Source of the DNA: a virus | Virus record (IMG/VR): IMGVR_UViG_3300020439_000003 | Location: 1 to 64,000 of that record | Length of the DNA stretch: 64,000 nucleotides | Reading direction: 5' to 3' (one strand) | In this document: piece after piece, positions 18,593 through 30,500 of the stretch | How the letters are laid out: each line of letters begins with the position of its first letter | Position numbering within the stretch: the first letter of the stretch is position 1 | The notes under the pieces: model-generated | The model's database searches: none | What the model saw: the letters and a program-made list of their open reading frames with translations, nothing else | Told to the model about the DNA's origin: nothing | Made by a program: the position numbers and the translations under genes

Positions 18593-21500
18593 GGAAGATC
18601 TGAGTAGGTGTGAATCCACTGATGATAGTGGCACCTGTCTGAACTGTGAGAATCACGGAGTTGGAGTAAGTAGGTTGAGCACCAGCAGCAGTGATTGCTA
18701 CACGGAACTCATCACCATCATCTGCCTGTACGGCAGCGTTAGAAGAGTAAACTGCATTTGTCTGACCTGTGATGTTGACCCAGTTAGTTTCACCATACTG
18801 CTTGCGCTGCCACTGATAGTTCAGTGCAGTGGTTCCGACAGATCCGTCCTCGCTCACGATGAACGAAGCGTCAACGGTGAAGGATGCAGTCTGACCTTGG
18901 TTCACAGTCACGTTAGTGGGTTGTGCGTTGATCAGGATGTAACCAGGTACGATCACGATTGGGTTACCGTCAGCGTCAGTACCTTCACCTGCATAGGTGT
19001 CGAAACCGCCGTTAACATTACCGCCCTCAGGTGCTACGAAGTCATCGGGGACAGTTGTCTCAACTTCAACCACAGGTGCTTCATAACCAATACCAGGGTT
19101 CTTAACCACGATGGAAGAGATTCCCATCAGAGCGCGAACGCGACCGTCGAAACCAGTAGAGGAGATCACGTCCACGTTCGGGCGTGAGGTGTAACCGTTA
19201 CCAGGTGCAGTAATCTGCGCCTTAGTAATTTCACCAGTTTTGATGGTGGCAAGAGCAGCAGCATTGCGACCCTTAACGGTGCCTGTGTACTCGAAGGTAA
19301 TCAAGGAGTTGGAAGACTCAATCAGAGCAACCTCACGAGGATCGCCCTCACCTTCGATTTGCAGGATGTCACCAGCCTCGATCGGAGGTACGACAGTTGC
19401 CGCGATCACGTCAGCGTCAGAACCGATGTAGGAGAAGGCAACGAATGTAGATCCTGCGCGAGGAATCTCAGCGAAGATGATTCTAGAACCAACCAGGTTG
19501 TAACCAACACCAGGTTCCTGAATCACACCATTAAGCGAGACGATGATGTTGTTCTCAGGCAAGATAGTGTTGGACGACACACCTTCCGTCAGAGTCAAGG
19601 AGTAGAAACCACCCTGATACTTCAAGTTGAAGGACGAGCGCAAGGAGTCAAACTCGAAACTGATGTCATCAAGTTGTCTCAGTTTACCCACGTAGTAACC
19701 AATGAATTCGGATCCGATCGTAGGAGGTTCAGTGAACTGAATCTGGTCGGAGAACGCGGTGTAGGCGTAGGTTGCACCAGGAGGTTGCAGCACACCATTG
19801 ACGAACACGAGCAGGTGACCAGCGGGATCTGGGAAGTATGCTTCACCGTTGTTGACGGTGAGTTTGAAGGAAGTTGCAGTGCCATCAAATCCTCGGAAGA
19901 ATCTATCGCAACGACCCAGGAGCGACTTCGCTTGCGTTACACCTGCCTGCCAACCATAGTCGGAGATGATCGACATGTTGCTAGGCCAATCACCCACGGC
20001 ATCTTCCAACCAGATGCGACCAGTGGTGCCGCTGATTGCCTTACCTGCGACCCTACCGTAAGAGGTGTAAGAGGTCTCAGTGACGGAGGAGATGTCTGCA
20101 CGGAAGATTGGGAAGTTGCTAAGGTTCTCAAACTTACCGATAGAACCATTTGCTGCCAGTTGAGGATCGACAGTTGTGGATCCATCTGCTGCCTGTCCGT
20201 ACGGACGCAGGTTCGCGAGCCATACGTTGTGAATGCTGTTGTCAGGATCGTAGTTATACTCAGTGACGATAGCAGTCCAACCAGGTTGTGCGGGGATGGT
20301 GCCTTGGAGCAGGTAAACCAGGTCGCCTTTGTTGAAGTCTCCCAGGAATCCTTGGTCTCTTATGACATTTGTGATCTGACACTGGATTGTCTTAGTCGCA
20401 TGTACGAACTGATTAAGTTCAAGATTCTTGAACCCAGTAGTAGTGATATCAGCGATGTCAAGAATAACGTCAGTGACAGAACCGTAGATAATGTCGCCAT
20501 CAACAAAATCATCTTGCAAGGACTCAATGTCGATCGTGATACGACCACCCGTGTTGCCCACGAGAGCACCAGCAGAGTTTTCATAGAGTGCGATGTCTGC
20601 CTCAGCGCCATTGCCCTTGTTGAAGATCATCTCACCCTGAGCAAATGCACCGCGATCAATGTTGATCAACATGCGCTCAGTCAGAGCACCTTGGACGGTT
20701 GCAGTGACAGCAGAGTCTACACCCACGAGGTCATCGCCAGCGTTAATTATGCCAGTGATATTCTCGATGTAGCAGTTACCTTCGTCAGTGTTATCACCCG
20801 AGAGGACAGAGGTCTGAACAATGAAACCGTAGTTAGAAGGATTGCCATCAACGTTGACTCTCTCGCCATTTGTGAAGCGACCCGAGGCAGATACGAGATT
20901 CGCCTTCTTGTACAGTTTGATGATCTCTGCTTCATTATTTCTAGTTCTGATAACGTCACCACGGCAGTTGGAGCTAGTACCAACAACCACGTCAGCGAGG
21001 TTGAAACCACCACTGATAGGCGTATCAATATCACGAGTACCATATGTAGTGGTCTCACGATTGATGCCAGAACGTACATCAACTTGGAATCTCTGCTGAC
21101 CACCAGTTGAGAGGTCAACATCAAAGTCGCTGTAACGTGCGTCGTGACGAATCTCGCGTGCAATCTCGAAGTATTGAGGAGTTGCGTTCAACACATAGAA
21201 CCAAGACTGACCTTGGAGTCCACGCTCGATGTCAGCCGAAGCGGGCACGTAGGTAAGAACATCACCACGAGAGTAGAAGTTCGGGCGAGTAATCTTGACT
21301 CTGTTCTCTCTTCTCTCGAAACCAACTTCAACGGTAGGAGTGTTAAGGACCAGTTCAGGATCAGTGTTCCAGTCAGTACCCTCATCATAGATGTTTTGCA
21401 GATTCTGAGCGTGAGTCGAGTTGACCCAGATCAGACTATTGTTGGTAGGAGGTGTAGAGCGCGTGAGTGCGAAATTGATTGGATTAGTAGAAGCATCAAT

Positions 21501-24500
21501 TCTAAACTCAGTGGACTCTTGCTCATACTCGAAGCGATACTCAATAGCATCCATCAGAGTATCATCCAGATAACGGAAGTATTCGTTATTTGTACCCCAC
21601 TCAGCAGTGCTGTTCTGATCGTAGAGGATACGCTTGCAAGCCTCAGAGATGCGTAGCAGATAGAAGATCAAGTGCTGTCTTACAACACCCTCGTATGCAA
21701 TGAATTGACCTTCACCATCGAACCAGGTGTTTGCCAGTTTCATAGAACCAGCGTTGCCGCCAGTGTTAAGGTCATAGATGATTGCATCCACCACTACCTG
21801 AGCGAAGGACTCAGGGGCAGCAGTGCCAGGATATTGAGTTGTTACTTCATCAAATGACTTGGCAACGATAGCGTGCTTGTTGAACACCAGGCGACGTGCA
21901 GTTGCACGTTCGGAGAAGGATCCACCACCAAGGGTTTCACTCATCAGATCGAACAGAGTATCAGCAGCAGAGATCACGTTGTAGCAAGTGTACAACTGAT
22001 AGTCAGTATTGCTGTTGTAAGGCGTAGTTCTAGTAACAGTGCTGAGATGAGTCGGCGTAGGTGATCCAGATGCTGCCTTAGCGACAGTATCGATCACGAG
22101 GTCAAACAGAGTCTCGATAGCAGAGGCAGTCTGCTCACAAGTGCTGTTCCAACCACCAGTTGCACCCGTGTCATAAGTAACAGACACGTCACGATGAACC
22201 ATGTCGTTGCTGTACTTGATTGGCCAGATGTTCGGCAGAGACTTGGTGATAGTTCCGTCAGTGATGCTTGCAGGAGTTGCAAGTGTATCATTGACGATAT
22301 CCATCAGAGTTCTCATGGTGGATCTTACGTCATTACATACACCGAAGGTTCCATCGGGAGCACCATCAGCAGTGATGGTGTACTGAGGATCACTGTATGG
22401 GAAGTAATCAAGATCACCATAGAACTTCTGATTATAAGAATGACCACCTTGCTTGGTGATTGTGTCATTCTGCATTACATCAACAGCAAGATCGAACGCC
22501 TTGTTAAGGATCCAAGTGGTCTCAGTTACCTGCGAGGTGACGTGAGCAACGGCAGCAGACTGGACATAAAGTTCAGCAGCATGGAAGACTCTGTTGTTAC
22601 CACCGTATTTCAGGTTGAATACCAATGCACTCAGAATGTCAGTAACGTCATGAACACAATCGATGCTACCAGCAGTAGTAACAGCGTTGTCTTCTGCACG
22701 TACGAACGTATGGGGATATTGCTCACCAGCGGGAGAAGCACCAACGTTAACCGTGATCGTGGTGCCAGTTACACCAGTGATCGCGATAGAATCTTCATAA
22801 TAAGGATCGGTGGTGCGAGGATAGGCGTGCTCAGTAGCATTGCCATCCTTAGTGCAGGTGAACACCAAAGAATGAGGTTGGATATAGATCTGGTTACCAG
22901 CAACCAAGGAGTGAGATCCAATGGTCAGTTCCAACACACCCGAAGCAGGAGTGTAGGTAGCGGCAGTAGGAGTGAAGTTCACACCACCAGTAGTACCACC
23001 GTTGATATTCAGTGAAGGATATTGCTGTTGACCCAGGTAAACTGCTTCCTCAGCAATGAATCGGATGTTTCTATCAATGATGTTAGCAGCATCAATGTAG
23101 CGGTCACGTACAGCATTCTGTTCGTAAGAGCTGGTCTCCACTTCGTCGAAGGATTCACCACCCAGGTCACCACCAGGAGTGCCGTCGCCACCATCAAGTT
23201 CTCTGTAAATATAGAGGTTGTCACGTCCGAATCCATTTCTCATGGTCATGATGCACATTTCCTGTGCAAACTTCATAACCCATTGTGATGCCTCTTCTTC
23301 ACCTTCAACGTGGAGGAGAGTATTATCTTCTGAATTCAGATAGAGTGCAGCAGCATCCCAGGTCTTAGAGTTACCACCCAGACGCATGTCGTGGACGATT
23401 GATTCGATAATATCAACCACATCATCAACACAGTTCTGACGACCGCCAGGAACCTTGAAGTTGATGAACTTAGACATGTCGTTCATGGTATGAACTGCTT
23501 CCCAAGCGATCACATACTTGTTACGCTCGATCATGTCAGCAGCATCCATGAGGCGATCATGGTTAGGACCACTACGAGTCTGATCAGGTGCCTGAGGATC
23601 AATAGTGATCGTGGTGTCACGATACACCTCACGGGTAGTCCAGACTGCAACGTAGTAATCGTCTTGGAATCTACCATCAATACCCAAACCAGCAGCAGTA
23701 GTACCGTTGGTTAGCAGAGTATTGTTGATTGCGTGCTTAACGAGTTTCTTGGTGAACTCAAAGGCGTCCAACATGGCGCTGAGTTCACCTTCAACATGAA
23801 GAATCTGATTGTCTTGGTTGATGTATTGATCCAGGACATATTGGGTAGAAGAGTTACCACCAGTCAGCAGGTCAGTGATGACAGCAGGCAAGATGAACTT
23901 CTTGATGTCTCTGAGGCAATATGGTTCACCATAACCAGGCATCTGCAAGAAGTCAAAACTACGGATTTCTCCGAGAGGTCCTTGAATATCAGCAGCATAC
24001 TTGTCTTGGATATATCCAACAACTTCCTCAGCAATGAAATCGCGGTTTTTCCAGATAGCATCGCCACCATCACGGAATCTATCGCCAGTTGGGCAAAGGA
24101 TGTCAATGATAGTATCAGCAAGAGAACTAATCTCGTTAGTTACCTGGGAAGATGCAGGAGAAGCAAAGTTGTTAGGAATACGAAGGATATCAGTGTACTT
24201 GGCAGGAACAGTGTCGCCATTCTCATCAACCATGGTTCCATAGTTGACCAGATCACTGCTAGTGGTAGTGATTACGTAGTTCATAATCTCTGCCAGTTCG
24301 TTCCATGCGTAGATGGATTGCAGCAGTTCATTACCAACGTAGTTCAGACCACCAGACTTGGTGAGATATCCTCTACCAGAGATCACGCTGTTATAGTTAC
24401 CACCGTAACGAATATCAGCAATGATTGCTTTTAGGATGTACTCTTTGGTGTCACGAATACACTTGTTAGTTCCTTGTTCACTGGTTTCAGTATCGCCAGG

Positions 24501-27500
24501 GATAACGAAGTCAGGATACTTCGCTGCCATCTTACCAACAGCAGTTTCTGAGATCCAATCGAGGTTGAGTTCAAGCATGTCGGCACACTTTCTGTGCTCG
24601 TCACGCGAGAGATCAATATCCTCAATGATGATTTCCTTAGTGGCGTAGTTGACCTTCTTAGCAGTTGCAGCAGAGTTAGTCTGACCAGTGTAAGTGGCAT
24701 ATGCCTCCTCAGTGCTGACAATGATCGACTGCTCCATATCCATACCAAACAGAATATTCTGGTTGTTAGTTGGATAGGTTGTAGTGGGAGTAAAGGTGCC
24801 AGCGTACAGAGACTCGTTGTGAATGATGAAGTTATCAACATAACCTTGGAAGGAGTTAGTGCCATCCCAACCAGCCATCATTCTGAATGGACGCTCAACA
24901 TAGGTGTTAGTGTCAGAGTAGTCACCACCAACCTGTGTACCATTAACAAATACCTTAGTGATACCAGTGGTTCTGGTAACTGCAACGTGAGACCATTGAT
25001 CCTGTGCCATGTTATGAGCACCAGAGATCTGATCAAGTCCGTTGATCCAATACTTAATGGAGTTGTTCTCCAAGTAAAGGACAGGAGATTGAGTCAGAGT
25101 GGCACTCTGAGTTCTAGTATCCCAGAGATACTTGATGCCAGACTGAGGATTGGTAGTAGGACGCAACCACATTTCAATGGTGAAGTCCGTAGTACCAAAC
25201 TTAGTCACATTAGACAGACTATGAGACAGTCCAGTATGAGTCTGGAAGTGTAGTGATTGAGTTCCTGCCTTCTTCTGCAATCCAGTCAGGGTAATCGTAC
25301 CATTAGCAGTCAACTTGGAATTGGTAATGGTCTCTCTGTCAGTGAAGGTGCCAGTAACAGCATTAGTGAACAACCACTTCAAACCAGAGTTAGTTCCCTT
25401 CGCTTCAAAGGATGCGCCAGAGGATAGACCTCTGATGGTGTCACCAGGAATGAAGAATCCATTACCACCACGATCCTTATAGGCAAGCTTGAATACACGG
25501 AGGTTCTCGTTCTCGTTGTATGTACCATCAGTGATAGGACTGAGAGCATTGATAGCATTCAAGTTACCAGCACCAACTGCACCAGCGGCGATTTCAACCA
25601 AGGTATGAATGCCTGCCTGTACGTCAGCACAGTTCTGAATGCTTTCGTTACCACCAGAAGAGTAATTAGGATCGTAATATGCTGCCTCAGTACCACCACC
25701 TTGGAAGATAGCATTGTCAACAGCACTGATGAAGGTGTGGGTATAACCACCACCAGTCGATACAGCGTTTGCGCTAGCAGATACGAAGGTATGAGGATAC
25801 TGCTGACCAGTTGGAGATGCACCAACATTTACAGTAATCGTGGTAGCAGTAACAGCAGAGATTGACAGATACTGACCATTAGCAGGGTCAGATGCACGAG
25901 GATATTGATGGTTAGAACCATTGCTATCCTGAGTACAAGTGAAAGTCAAACTTCCCTGTGCGATAGTGATGTTATCGCCAATGCTCAGCGAGTGAGAACC
26001 GATGGTGAGTTCCAACGAACCCGTTGCGGGGTTGTAGTTTGCGCCAGTAGGAGTGAACTGAACCAGAGGAGATGCACCAACATTAACATCAATGGTAGTA
26101 GCAGTCGTAGCAGTGATGTTTAGAGCAGTGTTGAATGCAGGGTCACCAGTACGAGGATAATCGTGGAAGGTAGCACCACCATCAGAGGTGCAGGTGAATC
26201 TCATCGAGTAAGGTCTGATCGTTACAGAATCAGAAGTTGAGAGACTGTGAGTGCCGATACTGATCGACATAACACCCGTAGAAGGAGTGTAAGTAGCAGC
26301 AGTCGGAGTGAATTGTGCAAGAGTTGTACCAGCAGCACCCAGATAAGGACCTTGATAAGTAGAAGGATCCTTCAACATGTAACCCAGTTCTGGGGTTCTA
26401 GTATTGACCTGTACATAGAGCAGGTTGTTGATAGCACGACGTGCCATCTCGCCCGCCTTTCTAAATGCAGTCAGGGACTCAGCAAGTTCTCCAACCAGAC
26501 CGTTACTAATAGGTGAACCATTAGTGAAATACTTCTTAGCAAATTCGACGATGTTGTAATTACCATCATCAGTAATGTCAGCAGACAAAGCATCGACCAT
26601 CAGACCGATGTCACGACGGCACTTAACTTCGTTAGCGGTGTATTGAGTTGGGATTACCTCGTCGAGGAGGTCAGCAAGGGAACCAGCAAGCAGGATGACA
26701 GAGATGTTATCGCAAAGTGTTTGCAGCGCAGATTGTACGTCAGAGCAGTTATTGGTTCCATAGTTCTGACTGTTAGAACCAGCAGTGCCGTAGTTATTAC
26801 CAGGAGAAGGATCAGCAGTGATACCAGTTCCAGTAGAACCACCAGTGGTTCTCTCGTTGTAGAAGATGTAAGTAACACCATCAACAACCTCAGATCCATT
26901 CAGGTCATTTCTGAGTGCTTGACGCATCAGTTCAGTTGCCTTATCGAATGCAAACTCAGTAGCAGCTGCTTCGTTGTTTACATACAGGAAGTTAAGACCA
27001 TCAGCACTGAAATACTTCTGTGCAAGTTTTCTGGTATATACTGTACCGCCACTGTAAACATCGAATGACAGAGCATCAATGTAGTAACCAATGTCGCGCT
27101 TGCACTTGTCAGCAGAAGGAACTGTCAGAGCAGGATACTCAGCAGTCATCAGAGCGTAAGACTTCGCTTGAATATACTCCTTATTCTTCTGAATCAGACG
27201 ATACGCATCAGCATATCTGGACCAGGCGTCGGTCGCGTTGTCGCCAGGATAGTAGAATCCAGGATGTTCAACAGCAATCTCAGCGTTAGCAAAGTCAACG
27301 ATCTCATCCTTGTTCAGGGAGATCATACGACCAGCATCTTTCCATCTGTTCTTGGAGTCGGTAACAGTGTTGCCATACTCGAAGGTGATAGAACGCAGAT
27401 TGTCACCAGCAGCAAGAGTGCCACCAGTTAGATTCTCGTACTCAATCTCGGTAGATCTAACTTCTTCAAAGTCAAGGAAGTCAGCATTGATTCTTTGATC

Positions 27501-30500
27501 AGCGTCATCAATTAGAGTAGGAGTAATCGTAGTCTTAGAGATATCATCCAGGATGACGTTAGCGTTAGTAAGAGAGATAAGACGCTCAAATACCAGACCG
27601 AAGAAGGTTGAACCTTTGTTAATGATCAACTGATCAACAACATCACCCAATCTAACTTCACCAGAGACAACCTCAGTCATGTTGTCGAGGATTCTACTAC
27701 CAGTGGTAGTATCAACGGTATATCTTTGGATAGTATCACCATCTTGGAAATCTGCCACAGATCCCTTCAAGTAATACAGGATCGGAGGAGATGCCTCTTG
27801 ATCAACTCTTACAACTTCACCACTTGCAGTGCCACCAGGTCCTTGGATCTTGTCACCCTCAGAGAAGGAATTCCAACCTGCTTCACCACCAACAGGACGT
27901 ACCAAGTTGATGTTAACAATAGGATCTCTGTAAGGAGAAGTGCTTGTGATTCTTGCAGCGATGTTGGAACTTGCAGAATAGATGATATCTTGCAGACCAA
28001 TATCATAGATACCAGTCTCAAATTCAGCAGTACCAGAAGTCTTAGAAAGAACCAGTTTATCATCGATATTTCCATCCAAATCTTGGTTGGTTTCTTCAAT
28101 GATTGCTTTGTCGCCATCGAGATTAGTAACAGTCTCACCAAACTCAAAGATGGTCTTATAGTTGACGCTATCAACATTCAGAATGTCACCACCATATTGG
28201 AGACCAAAGAATGTGACTGCTTCACCTCTTTCAAAGTAACCATTTGCCATGTCAGTGACATCAATGGTGTAATCAGTTGGGTTGACAGTGAACACAGTTG
28301 CAGTTGCACCAGTGGTCTGACCAGTGACTCTTACACCACCAAGTGCCTGCTGAGTGAATGTGCCACCAACGTTTTCAAGATATAGTTTTGTAATAGAATC
28401 GTCGATGCTTCCAATCAGGGCGCTGAATCCAGTTCTACCAACGTCAATACGCTCGTTAAGATCAAAAGGTCCACCTTGGATATCTACAACGTCGATGCTA
28501 GTAGCACCAGTTGCAACAACTCTTGCTCTTGCCTCAGATGTGAAACCGTTAACAGTATCACCCAGTTCAGGGAAGATACCACCGATGGTATTCAAGTTGA
28601 GTCGAGTGATCGGCATAATGTCGAACTCAACGTTTCTGTAAACAACCTTAGAGTCGGGTCTAGGAGGTTCAGCAAAGACGATGTTGTTACCAACGATTTG
28701 GAAAGATTCGCCAGGTGCTTGGATTACACCATTCAGGGTGACAACCAACTGGTTATCCTTAACGATAAGGTTCTCACCTTCAACTCGGAGTGGGAACTGC
28801 TTAGTAGAACCATCAAACTGAGCAGAGATATCGTCAATCTTCTTAACGATAGAAGTTAGAATTTCCTCAGAGTTAGTCAGTCTCTTCTTACGGAAGAGAA
28901 CTTCGGAGTTATTGAAGGTTGAGTAGATCGGTTGAGCAGCACCGAAGGAGGTGATCTGGTTAACGTTGGTGTACTCATTGATGTTCACCTGCTTAGTGAA
29001 ACCAGCAACAACCTTACGTCCAGAGATATCCTTACCACCAGTCAGTTCAAGCTGACCAAACATGTTGAAACCAGTTGGGTGGTTGTTTTCAAGGATCTGC
29101 TGCTTCCAACGGTTGATAGGAATCTGAGACTTGATAACGTAAGAGAAGTTCTGATAGAAGAAGGAGTCTTGGATCTTCTGAACAATCTCAGAGGGCTTAC
29201 CAACGTCATCGATGAATCTACCAGGAGTCTTGGTTAGAGCATCAATGTTCAGCACACCCTTAGCAATGTTGATGTTATCGATCAGACCAGATGCACGAGA
29301 GATAACACCCTGCACCTTACCACCAACAACAAAGTCACCACGGGGGTTAGTAACTTTAAGGATCTTAGGTTGAATCTGCCAACCTTCATTCTCGGATACA
29401 ATACCGAAGGCACTAGCAAGTTCATAGGATTCACCTTGGAAGAGTTCTTCACCTTCCAGGAAGCGAGAAGTCTCAACGACTGCTTCTGCTTGACCACCGA
29501 ACACCTCGGTGAGCAACACCTGACGACCATCACCCTGAGTCAAGAAGGTAATAAAGTTACCAGACTCAGCATCAACTTGGGTCAGTGCAAAACGGAGTTG
29601 GTCTGCTTCCAGACCATTTACATTACCAGCAATAGCATAGTAGGTCTGAGTAGAAGACAGACTGGTCAAACCAACGCTGCTTGGCTTGGGCAGTACACCA
29701 ACTTCACTACCAATATCATCAGCACGGAACTGAACCTCAGCACCAGTGGTAATACCATGAGGGAAGTTGAACTGCAAATAGTTCAAGTCAAGGTTCACAA
29801 CATAGGTGAACTCAGATTTCAGAGTGACAACTGGTTGTGAAGAGTAACCAGCACCAGGATTCTTGATCAGAATCTCAGACAGTCTGTTGTTCTTAACAAC
29901 TGCTTCTGCCTCAGCACCAGATCCACCACCACCAGTGATGATGACAGAAGGAGCAGAGGTATATCCAGCACCAGGATTAGTGATCTTGATCTGGGAGAGA
30001 ATAGAGGTGTTAAAGAGTTGCAGGTTGATCGGGAATGCAATCTCAGGACGCAGGGTGTAGTCATGGGAGTAACCATAACCAAACTCGTTGTTTTTCAGCG
30101 TCTTGATCTTACCAATCTGTCTACCAGTGAGGAACACAGCAGCACCGCTACCCTCAGCAGGGATAACCACTTCTAGTTCTGCACCAGAACCAGACAATGT
30201 GGGTCCAAGAATACCTTCAATACCATCAACGTCGATACTTGCAGTGGTGTAACCCTTACCAGGATCGGTCAGAGCAACATCAGTAATGGTGCCAGATCCG
30301 ATCTCGTCATCAACCTCAACGGTGATTTGCACAAGACCACCTTCACCATCACCCAGGATAGGAACCTGAGTATAGACACCAGATGCATATTCAGTACCAC
30401 CGTTGCTGATTCTGACCTTTTCGATCTTACGATCAGATGCAATGTCAGATACAACAGGGAGTTTCTTATAGAATCCACCAGGAGAGATCAGTTTAATCGT

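Noticed and set aside
19359-21110. 583-aa plus-strand ORF (also 2253-3344, 31104-32144 and many shorter ones)
   Set aside because: These are antisense shadows of long minus-strand genes caused by codon bias. They show no recognisable motifs or expression signals.
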